Positions 52,801 through 64,000 of a stretch of 64,000 nt of DNA are shown piece by piece. Origin of the DNA: Balanoglossus misakiensis. Its lineage: Eukaryota; Animalia; Hemichordata. Location of the stretch: the NCBI GenBank assembly GCA_040954595.2, contig CM082583.2:938825-1002824 (forward strand), read 5' to 3'. The position numbers were made by a program, and so were the translations under genes. Within the stretch, counting starts at the first letter, position 1. Each line of letters opens with the position of its first letter. The notes below the pieces were generated by a model. The model was not told the DNA's origin. It saw nothing but the letters and a program-made list of their open reading frames with translations, and did not search any database.

Positions 52801-55800
52801 ATATGAAAAAATGATTTAGATTTTAGATGATTGTCCAAAATGAGCTGATATCTAATAAATGTAGTATTGAACCGTTCTGTTTGCCCCCCCCCCCCCCTAC
52901 ATTATATGCGGTACGCCGATGTCAGCTTACCCGGCAGTACTGCAGGCCGTGCCCCCAACTAACGTCGGTGTTTGGAACGCCCTGGTTAAATTCGGGCTTT
53001 CTCTATAAATTGACAGGCAATAATGCAGTCCTACCCGAACAAATGTCGAGTGTTGACCCGCTGTGACTTACCCTCTTCGGTTTGCCCGACTTAGCCAACG
53101 TCTTTGTACTAGAGTGTCAGTTCTTTTGCAGAGCCAGGCCGAAGGAAATCCGACTTGATCGCCGTTGCTAACGAACGCTAGTGTCTGTCATGGTGTGCCG
53201 GGGATTTAGTCGAGCCAGGCCGTAGGAGATCTGACTTGATCATCGTGGTCAATGTACGCGTGTTTCCGCTCTAAAGTGCCGGGGCTTCAGCTAAACCAGA
53301 CCGTAGGAAATCCGACGTAATCACCGGTGATAACTTACGCCAGTCTGTGTCATATAGAGCCGGTGCACAAGCCGAGTCACGCCGTAGGAAATCTGACTTG
53401 ATCAACGTGGTCAATGTATGCCTGTTTCTGCTCTAGAGTGCCGGGGCTTCAGCTGAGCCAGGCCGTAGGAAACCCGACGTGATTACCGTTGTTAACTTAC
53501 GCCAGTCTGTGTCCTATATATAGTGCCGGGGCATCAGCCGTGCCAGGCCGAAGGAAATGTGAGTAGATCAACGTGGTCTCTGTACGCGTGTTTCTGCTCT
53601 AGAGTGTCGGGGCTTTATCCAAGCCATGCCGTAGAAAATCTGACTTAATCACCGTTGCTAAGATACGCTAGTGTCTGTAATATTGTGACGGAGATTTAGC
53701 CGAGCCAGGCCGTAGAAAAATCGACTCGTTCAACGTTACCAGTGTGCAACTGTTTCTGCTCTAGAGTGTCAGGGTTTTAGCCGACTTATGCTGTAGGAAA
53801 TCTGAGTTGATGAACGGGAATTCAATGTTAGAAAACCCGTGTGGAAAGTATCTCTACCCGTTTGAAACTAAGAAAAGAATTTATTCTTATTTATTTTGTA
53901 AAAAAGACAATTTTTCGAAAAAAAGTCGAAAATGGTAATTTTGTCTTGGGTGATTCAAATTATACCACCTTTTCTGGAATTTGCAGCACTTTTTACAAGA
54001 GAACGACACTTCATGCTCCATAATATTTCCGAAAACGAAGAAAAGAGTTTATTTTTTATGATTTTTTAAAAATTTACCATTTTTGTCAAAATATGGCCAA
54101 AATGGCTATTTTGTCTTGAATTCCGTCAATATCTCTGCATTTTTGGAGTTGTCGAAAGTTTTAACATACAATCAACATGTCATATATGATCAGGGCACCA
54201 AATTCGAAGAACAAAGGTTTTTTTTATTTTTTTTCTAAAAATGACATTTTCAAGGAAAATTTGGTAAAACGCAATTTTGTCTGCAGTGAGCCATATTAGA
54301 CTGTCTTTTTTTTGGAATTTGTATCGATATATACATACGAAGAGCATTCTATACTCCATCAGATTTCCGAAAATGTAGAAAACAGGTATTTTTTGTAATT
54401 TTCAAAAATTTTCCATTTTGACCAAATTGTGCTAAAATTGTTATTTTCGTGTTGAATGCCGCCAGTGTCACTGCTTTTAAAAGTCATAAAAACTTTTAAC
54501 ATACAAGCAATTCTTTATATATGATCAGGTCACCGAATTAAAAAAATAAATAATGTTTTGCCTAAAAATGACCTTTTTGGTGCAAAAACGAATAAAACGC
54601 AATTTTGTATTAAATCAGAATGCATTTTTTATAATCAGCACCATTTTTACATGTAATGGAAATTTCATACATCATCAGATATCCAAATATAAAAAAAATG
54701 ATTTAGATTTTAGATGATTGTCCAAAATTAGCTGATATCTAATAAATGTAGTATTGAACCGTTCTGTCCCCCCCCCCCCCCCTACATTATATGCGGTACG
54801 CCGATGTCAGCTTACCCGGCAGTACTGCAGGCCGTGCCCCCAACTAACGTCGGTGTTTGAAACGCCCTGGTTAAATTCGAGCTTTCTCTATAAATTGACA
54901 GGCAATAATGCAGTCCTACCCGAACAAATGTCAAGTGTTAAACTGCTGTGACTTTCCCTCTTCGGTTTGCCCGACTTAGCCAACGTCTTTGTACTAGAGT
55001 GTCGGGTCTTTTGCAGAGCCGGGCCGAAGGAAATCCGACTTGATCACCGTTGCTAACGAACGCTAGTGTCTATCATGGTGTGCCGGGGTTTTAGTCGAGC
55101 CAGGCCGTAGGAGATCTGACTTGATCATCGTGGTCAATGTACGCGTGTTTCCGCTCTAAAGTACCGGGGCTTCAGGTAAACCAGGCCGTAGGAAATCCGA
55201 CGTAATCACCGTTGATAACTTACGCCAGTCTGTGTCATATAGAGCCGGTGCACCAGCCGAGTCACGCCGTAGGAAATCTGACTTGATCAACGTGGTCAAT
55301 GTACGCCTGTTTCTGCTCTAGAGTGCCGGGGCTTCAGCTGAGCCAGGCAGTAGGAAACCCGACGTGATTACCGTTGTTAACTTACGCCAGTCTGTGTCAT
55401 ATATATAGTGCCGGGGCATCAGCCGTGCCAGGCCGAAGGAAATGTGAGTAGATCAACGTGGTCTCTGTACGCGTGTTTCTGCTCTAGAGTGCCAGGGCAG
55501 GGCTTTAGCCAAGCCATGCCGTAGGAAATCTGACTTGATCAACGTTGCAACAAACGCTAGTGTCTGTCATAGTGTGCCGGGGTTTTAGTCGAGCCAAGCC
55601 GTAGGAGATCAGACTTGATCAACGTGGTCTCTGCACGCGTGTTTCTGCTCTAGAGTGCCGGGGCTTTATCCAAGCCATGCCGTAGAAAATCTGACTTGAT
55701 CACCGTTGCTAACGTACGCTAGTGTCTGTCATATTGTGACGGAGATTTAGCCGAGCAAGGCCATAGAAAAATCGACTTGTTCAACGTTACCAGTGTGCAA

Positions 55801-55849
55801 CTGTTTCTGCTCTAGAGTGTCAGGGTTTTAGCCGACTTATGCTGTAGGA

Positions 55850-58800
55850 AATCTGAGTTGATGAACGGGAATTCAATGTTAGAAAACCCTTGTGGAAAGT
55901 ATCTCTACCCGTTTGAAACTAAGAAAAGAATTTATTCTTATTTATTTAGTAAAAAAGACAATTTTTCGAAAAAAAGTCGAAAATGGTAATTTTGTCTTGG
56001 GTGATTCAAATTATACCGCCTTTTCTGGAATTTGCTGCACTTCTTACAAGAGAACGACACTTCATGCTCCATAATATTTCGGAAAATGAAGAAAAGAGTT
56101 ATGTTTTTATGATTTTTTAAAAATTTACCATTTTTGTCAAAATATGGCCAAAATGGCTATTTTTTCTTGAATTCCGTCAATATCTCTGCATTTTTGGAGT
56201 GGTCGAAAGTTTTAACATATAATCAACATGTCATATATGATCAGGGCACCAAATTCGAAGAACAAAGGTTTTTTTATTTTTTTCTCTAAAAATGACATTT
56301 TCAAGGAAAATTTGGTAAAACGCAATTTTGTCTGCAGTGAGCCAAATTGGCCGTTTTTTGTGGAATTTGTATCGATATATATATACGAAGAGCATTCTAT
56401 ACTCCGTCAGATTTCCGAAAATGTAGAAAACAGGTATTTTTTATAATTTTCAAAAATTTACGATTTTGACCAAATTGTGGCTAAAATTTTTATTTTCGTG
56501 TTGAATGCGGCCAGTGTCACTGCTTTTAAAAGTCATAAAATGTTTTAACATACAAGCAATTGTTTATATATGATCAGGTCACCGAATTAAAAAAATAAAG
56601 AATGTTTTGCCTAAAGTTGACCTTTTTGGTGCAAAAACGAATAAAACGCAATTTTGTATTAAATCAGAGTGCATTTTTTATAATCAGCACCATTTTTACA
56701 TATAATGGAAATTTCATACATCATCAGATATCCAAATATGAAAAAATGATTTAGATTTTAGATGATTGTCCTTAATTAGCTGATATCTAATAAATGTAGT
56801 ATTGAACCGTTCTGCCCCCCCCCCCCCCCTACATTATATGCGGTACGCCGATGTCAGCTTACCCGGCAGTACTGCAGGCCGTGCCCCCAATTAACGTCAG
56901 TGTTTGAAACGCCCTGGTTAAATTCGGGCTTTCTCTATAAATTGACAGGCAATAATGCAGTCCTACCCGAACAAATGTCGAGTGTTGACCCGCTGTGACT
57001 TTCCCTCTTCGGTTTGCCCGACTTAGCCAACGTCTTTGTACTAGAGTGTCGGGTCTTTTGCAGAGCCAGGCCGAAGGAAATCCGACTTGATCACCGTTGC
57101 TAACGAACGCTAGTGTCTGTCATGGTGTGCCGGGGTTTTAGTCGAGCCAGGCCGTAGGAGATCTGACTTGATCATCGTGGTCAATGTACGCGTGTTTCCG
57201 CTCTAAAGTGCCGGGGCTTCAGCTAAACCAGGCCGTAGGAAATCCGACGTAATCACCGTTGATAACTTACGCCAGTCTGTGTCATATAGAGCCGGTGCAC
57301 CAGCCGAGTTACGCCGTAGGAAATCTGACTTGATCAACGTGGTCAATGTACGCCTGTTTTTGCTCTAGAGTGCCGGGGCTTCAGCTGAGCCAGGCCGTAG
57401 GAAACCCGACGTGATTACCGTTGTTAACTTACGCCAGTCTGTGTCCTATATATAGTGCCGGGGCATCAGCCGTGCCAGGCCGAAGGAAATGTGAGTAGAT
57501 CAACGTGGTCTCTGTACGCGTGTTTCTGCTCTAGAGTGCCAGGGCTTTAGCCAAGCCATGCCGTAGGAAATCTGACTTGATCAACGTTGCTAACGAACGC
57601 TAGTGTCTGTCATAGTGTGCCGGGGTTTTAGTCGAGCCAAGCCGTAGGAGATCAGACTTGATAAACGTGGTCTCTGTACGCGTGTTTCTGCTCTAGAGTG
57701 CCGGGGCTTTATCCAAGCCATGCCGTAGAAAATCTGACTTGATCACCGTTGCTAACGTACGCTAGTGTCTGTCATATTGTGACGGACATTTAGCGGAGCC
57801 AGGCCGTAGAAAAATCGACTTGTTCAACGTTACCAGTGTGCAACTGTTTCTGCTCTAGAGTGTCAGGGTTTTAGCCGACTTATGCTGTAGCAAATCTGAG
57901 TTGATGAACGGGAATTCAATGTTAGAAAACCCGTGTGGAAAGTATCTCTACCCGTTTGAAACTAAGAAAAGAATTTACTCTTATCTATTTTGTAAAAAAG
58001 ACAATTTTTCGAAAACAAGTCGAAAATGGTAATTTTGTCTTGGGTGATTTTAATTATACCGCCTTTTCTGGAATTTGCAGCACTTTTTACAAGAGAACGA
58101 CACTTCATGCTCCATAATATTTCCGAAAAAATAAGAAAAGAGTTAATTTTTTATGATTTTTTAAAAATTTACCATCTTTGTCAAAATATGGCCAAAATGG
58201 CTATTTTTTCTTGAATTCCGTCAATATCTCTGCATTTTTGGAGTGGTCGAAAGTCTTAATATACAATCAACATGTCATATATGATCAGGGCACCAAATTC
58301 GAAGAACAAAGGTTTTTTTTTATTTTTTTTTCTAAAAATGACATTTTCAAGGAAAATTTGGTAAAACGCAATTTTGTCTGCAGTGAGCCAAATTAGACGG
58401 TCTTTTGTGGAATTTGTATCGATATATACATGCGAAGAGCATTCTATACTCCATCAGATTTCCGAAAATGTAGAAAACAGGTATTTTTTGTAATTTTGAA
58501 AAATTTACCATTTTGACCAAATTGTGGCTACAATTGTTATTTTCGTGTTGAATGCCGCCAGTGTCACTGCTTTTAAAAGTCATAAAAACTTTTAACATAC
58601 AAGCAATTGTTTATATATGATCAGGTCACCGAATTAAAAAAATAAAGAATGTTTTGCCTAAAAATGACCTTTTTGGTGCAAAAACGAATAAAACGCAATT
58701 TTGTATTGAATCAGAATGCATTTTTTATAATCAGCACCATTTTTACATATAATGGAAATTTCATACATCATCAGATATCCAAATATGAAAAAATGATTTA

Positions 58801-61800
58801 GATTTTAGATGATTGTCCAAAATTAGTTGATATCTAATAAATGTAGTATTGAACCATTCTGTTCCCCCCCCCCTACATTATATGCGGTACGCCGATGTCA
58901 GCTTACCCGGCAGTACTGCAGGCCGTGCCCCCAACTAACGTCGGTGTTTGAAACGCCCTGGTTAATTTCGGGCTTTCTCTATAAATTGACAGGCAATAAT
59001 GCAGTCCTACCCGAACAAATGTCAAGTGTTGAACCGCTGTGACTTTCCCTCTTCGGTTTGCCCGACTTAGCCAACGTCTTTGTACTAGAGTGTCGGGTCT
59101 TTTGCAGAGCCAGGCCGAAGGAAATCCGACTTGATCACCGTTGCTAACGAACGCTAGTGTCTGTCATGGTGTGCCGGGGTTTTAGTCGAGCCAGGCCGTA
59201 GGAGATCTGACTTGATCATCGTGGTCAATGTACGCGTGTTTCCGCTCTAAAGTGCCGGGGCTTCAGCTAAACCAGGCCGTAGGAAATCCGACGTAATCAC
59301 TGTTGATAACTTACGCCAGTCTGTGTCATATAGAGCCGGTGCACCAGCCGAGTCACGCCGTAGGAAATCTGACTTGATCAACGTGGTCAATGTACGCCTG
59401 TTTCTGCTCTAGAGTGCCGGGGCATCAGCCGTGCCAGGCCGAAGGAAATGTGAGTAGATCAACGTGGTCTCTGTACGCGTGTTTCTGCTCTAGAGTGCCA
59501 GGACTTTAGCCAAGCCATGCCGTAGGAAATCTGACTTGATCAACGTTGCTAACGAACGCTAGTGTCTGTCAAAGTGTGCCATGGTTTTAGTCGAGCCAAG
59601 CGGTAGGAGATCAGACTTGATCGTCTCTGTACGCGTGTTTCTGCTCTAGAGTGCCGGGGCTTTATCCAAGCCATGCCGTAGAAAATCTGACTTGATCACC
59701 GTTGCTAACGTACGCTAGTGTCTGTCATATTGTGACGGTGATTTAGCAGAGCCAGGCCGTAGAAAAATCGACATGTTCAACGTTACCAGTGTGCAACTGT
59801 TTCTGCTCTAGAGTGTCAGGGTTTTAGCCGACTTATGATGTAGGAAATCTGATTTGATGAATGGGAATTCAATGTTAGAAAACCCGTGTGGAAAGTATCT
59901 CTACCCGTTTGAAACTAAGAAAAGAATTTATTCTTATTTATTTTGTAAAAAAGACAATTTTTCGAAAAAAAGTCGAAAATGGTAATTTTGTCTTGGGTGA
60001 TTCAAATTATACCGCCTTTTCTGGAATTTGCTGCACTTCTTACAAGAGAACGACACTTCATGCTCCATAATATTTCGGAAAATGAAGAAAAGAGTTATTT
60101 TTTTATGATTTTTTAAAAATTTACCATTTTTGTCAAAATATGGCCAAAATGGCTATTTTGTCTTGAATTCCGTCAATATATCTGCATTTTTGGAGTGGTC
60201 GAAAGTTTTAACATACAATCAACATGTCATATATGATCAGGGCACCAAATTCGAAGAACAAAGGTTTTTTTATTTTTTTTCTTCTAAAAATGACATTTTC
60301 AAGGAAAATTTGGTAAAACTCAATTTTGTCTGCAGTGAGCCAAATTAGACGGTCTTTTGTGGAATTTGTATCGATATATACATACGAAGAGCATTCTATA
60401 CTCCATCAGATTTCCGAAAATGTAGAAAACAGGTATTTTTTTGTAATTTTCAAAAATTTACCATTTTGACCAAATTGTGGCTAAAATTGTTATTTTCGTG
60501 TTGAATGCCGCCAGTGTCACTGCTTTTAAAAGTCATAAAAACTTTTAACATACAAGCAATTGTTTATATATGATCAGGTCACCGAATTAAAAAAATAAAG
60601 AATGTTTTGCCTATAAATGACCTTTTTGATGCAAAAACGAATAAAACGCAATTTTGTATTAAATCAGAATGCATTTTTTATAATCAGCACCATTTTTACA
60701 TGTAATGGAAATTTAATACATCATCAGATATCCAAATATGAAAAAATGATTTAGATTTTAGATGATTGTCCAAAATTAGCTGATATGTAATAAATGTAGT
60801 ATTGAACCGTTCTGTTCCCCCCCCCCTACATTATATGCGGTACGCCGATGTCAGCTTTCCCGGCAGTACTGCAGGCCGTGCCCCCAACTAACGTCGGTGT
60901 TTGAAACGCCCTGGTTAAATTCGGGCTTTCTCTATAAATTGACAGGCAATAATGCAGTCCTACTGGAACAAATGTCAAGTGTTGAACCGTTGTGACTTTC
61001 CCTGTTCGGTTTGCCCGACTTAGCCAACGTCTTTGTACTAGAGTGTCGGGTCTTTTGCAGAGCCAGGCCGAAGGAAATCCGACTTGATCACCGTTGCTAA
61101 CGAACGCTAGTGTCTGTCATGGTGTGCCGGGGTTTTAGTCGAGCCAGGCCGTAGGAGATCTGACTTGATCATCGTGGTCAATGTACGCGTGTTTCCGCTC
61201 TAAAGTGCCGGGGCTTCAGCTAAACCAGGCCGTAGGAAATCCGACGTAATCACCGTTGATAACTTGCGCCAGTCTGTGTCATATAGAGCCGGTGCACCAG
61301 CCGAGTCACGCCGTAGGAAATCTGACTTGATCAACGTGGTCAATGTACGCCTGTTTCTGCTCTAGAATGCCGGGGCTTCAGCTGAGCCAGGCCGTAGGAA
61401 ACCCGACGTGATTACCGTTGTTAACTTACGCCAGTCTGTGTCCTATATATAGTGCCGGGGCATCAGCCGTGCCAGGCCGAAGGAAATGTGAGTAGATCAA
61501 CGTGGTCTCTGTACGCGTGTTTCTGCTCTAGAGTGCCAGGGCTTTAGCCAAGCCATGCCGTAGGAAATCTGACTTGATCAACGTTGCTAACGAACGCTAG
61601 TGTCTGTCATAGTGTGCCGGGGTTTTAGTCGAGCCAAGCCGTAGGAGATCAGACTTGATCAACGTGGTCTCTGTACGCGTGTTTATGCTCTAGAGTGCCG
61701 GGGCTTTATCCAAGCCATGCCGTAGAAAATCTGACTTGATCACCGTTGCTAACGTACGCTAGTGTCTGTCATATTGTGACGGACATTTAGCGGAGCCAGG

Positions 61801-63030
61801 CCGTAGAAAAATCGACTTGTTCAACGTTACCAGTGTGCAACTGTTTCTGCTCTAGAGTGTCAAGGTTTTAGCCGACTTATGCTGTAGGAAATCTGAGTTG
61901 ATGAACGGGAATTCAATGTTAGAAAACCCGTGTGGAAAGTATCTCTACCCGATTGAAACTAAGAAAAGAATTTATTCTTATTTATTTTGTAAAAAAGACA
62001 ATTTTTCGAAAACAAGTCGAAAATGGTAATTTTGTCTTGGGTGATTTAAATTATACTGCCTTTTCTGGAATTTGCAGCACTTTTTACAAGAGAACGACAC
62101 TTCATGCTCCATAATATTTCCGAAAAAATAAGAAAAGAGTTAATTTTTTATGATTTTTTAAAAATTTACCATTTTTGTCAAAATATGGCCAAAATGGCTA
62201 TTTTTTCTTGAATTCCGTCAATATCTCTGCATTTTTGGAGTGGTCGAAAGTCTTAATATACAATCAACATGTCATATATGATCAGGGCACCAAATACGAA
62301 GAACAAAGGTTTTTTAATTTTTTTTTCTAAAAATGACATTTTCGAGGAAAATTTGGTAAACGCAATTTTGTCTGCAGTGAGCCAAATTAGACGGTCTTTT
62401 GTGGAATTTGTATCGATATATACATACGAAGAGCATTCTATACTCCATCAGATTTCCGAAAATGTAGAAAACAGGTATTTTTTGTAATTTTCAAAAATTT
62501 ACCATTTTGACCAAATTGTGGCTACAATTGTTATTTTCGTGTTGAATGCCGCCAGTGTCACTGCTTTTAAAAGTCATAAAAACTTTTAACATACAAGCAA
62601 TTGTTTATATATGATCAGGTCACCGAATTAAAAAAATAAAGAATGTTTTGCCTAAAAATGACCTTTTTGGTGCAAAAACGAATAAAACGCAATTTTGTAT
62701 TAAATCAGAATGCATTTTTTATAATCAGCACCATTTTTACATGTAATGGAAATTTAATACATCATCAGATATCCAAATATGAAAAAAATGATTTAGATTT
62801 TAGATGATTGTCCAAAATTAGCTGATATCTAATAAATGTAGTATTGAACCGTTCTGTTCCCCCCCCCCCCTACATTATATGCGGTACGCCGATGTCAGCT
62901 TACCCGGCAGTACTGCAGGCCGTGCCCCCAACTAACGTCGGTGTTTGAAACGCCCTGGTTAAATTCGGGCTTTCTCTATAAATTGACAGGCAATAATGCA
63001 GTCCTACCGGAACAAATGTCGAGTGTTGAC
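55850..63030. repeat. Second two-unit (~4.0 kb) higher-order duplication, partly scrambled
   Basis: TTTGCTGCACTTCTTAC at ~56031 and ~60027. CCGAAAAAATAAG, AAGTCTTAATATAC and GGCTACAATTG at ~58123-58530 and ~62120-62525. The offset is about 3997 bp. Confidence 0.8.
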
Positions 63031-64000
63031 CCGCTGTGACTTTCCCTCTTCGGTTTGCCCGACTTAGCCAACGTCTTTGTACTAGAGTGTCGGGTCTTTT
63101 GCAGAGCCAGGCCGAAGGAAATCCGACTTGATCACCGTTGCTAACGAACGCTAGTGTCTGTCATGGTGTGCCGGGGTTTTAGTCGGGCCAGGCCGTAGGA
63201 GATCTGACTTGATCATCGTGGTCAATGTACGCGTGTTTTCGCTCTAAAGTGCCGGGGCTTCAGCTAAACCAGGCCGTAGTACATCCGCCGTAATCACCGT
63301 TGATAACTTACGCCAGTCTGTGTCATATAGAGCCGGTGCACCAGCCGAGTCACGCCGTAGGAAATCTGACTTGATCAACGTGGTCAATGTACGCCTGTTT
63401 CTGCTCTAGAATGCCGGGGCTTCAGCTGAGCCAGGCCGTAGGAAACCCGACGTGATTACCGTTGTTAACTTACGCCAGTCTGTGTCCTATATATAGTGCC
63501 GGGGCATCAGCCGTGCCAGGCCGAAGGAAATGTGAGTAGATCAACGTGGTCTCTGTACGCGTGTTTCTGCTCTAGAGTGCCAGGGCTTTAGCCAAGCCAT
63601 GCCGTAGGAAATCTGACTTGATCAACGTTGCTAACGAACGCTAGTGTCTGTCATAGTGTGCCGGGGTTTTAGTCGAGCCAAGCCGTAGGAGATCAGACTT
63701 GATCAACGTGGTCTCTGTACGCGTGTTTCTGCTCTAGAGTGCCGGGGCTTTATCCAAGCCATGCCGTAGAAAATCTGACTTGATCACCGTTGCTAACGTA
63801 CGCTAGTGTCTGTCATATTGTGACGGACATTTAGCGGAGCCAGGCCGTAGAAAAATCGACTTGTTCAACGTTACCAGTGTGCAACTGTTTCTGCTCTAGA
63901 GTGTCAGGGTTTTAGCCGACTTATGCTGTAGGAAATCTGAGTTGATGAACGGGAATTCAATGTTAGAAAACCCGTGTGGAAAGTATCTCTACCCGATTGA

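Larger units (their letters stand above)
1..64000. repeat. Tandem composite satellite/macrosatellite array, ~2.05-kb unit, 31 full units plus one partial
   Basis: The anchor TG(T/C)GACTT(T)CCC recurs at about 1, 2052, 4428, 6482, 8535, 10834, 13210, 15257, 17296, 19542, 21595, 23484, 25048, 27423, 29475, 31526, 33738, 35453, 37014, 39053, 41102, 43140, 45186, 47235, 49286, 51335, 53062, 54947, 56994, 59038, 60991 and 63035. All copies are in the same orientation and highly similar by eye. The array runs off both ends of the window. Confidence 0.99.

Noticed and set aside
908-62487. All ORFs in the supplied track (60-163 aa, e.g. 46093-46584)
   Set aside because: They are translations of satellite DNA. 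Frames open and close with homopolymer indels between units, composition is F/K/I-biased, many use non-ATG starts, and no domain is recognisable.

Overview
The whole 64-kb window is one non-coding, head-to-tail composite satellite (macrosatellite) on a single orientation. It has 31 complete units (modal length about 2.04-2.05 kb, range 1561-2376 bp) plus a partial 32nd. Each unit has three parts. (i) A CpG-rich block of 81-bp monomers alternating A/B to form a 162-bp dimer, with 5-15 anchor motifs per unit and usually 11. (ii) An AT-rich block of about 5.5 highly diverged ~168-bp monomers arranged as ~336-bp dimers. (iii) A ~190-bp linker starting with a variable poly-C tract. Diagnostic variants show the units are also arranged in higher-order patterns: a degenerate 6-10-unit cycle and two ~4-kb two-unit duplications. 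The only foreign DNA is a 187-bp, 5'-truncated L2/CR1-group LINE 3' end at 17904-18090. It has an FKxxLKTxLF ORF2 end, a 3' stem-loop, a (TAA)n tail and a 6-bp target-site duplication, which points to an animal nuclear genome. All ORFs in the supplied track appear spurious. I found no genes, RNA genes or CRISPR arrays. I cannot name the species or satellite family, and any function (e.g. centromeric) is inference only.
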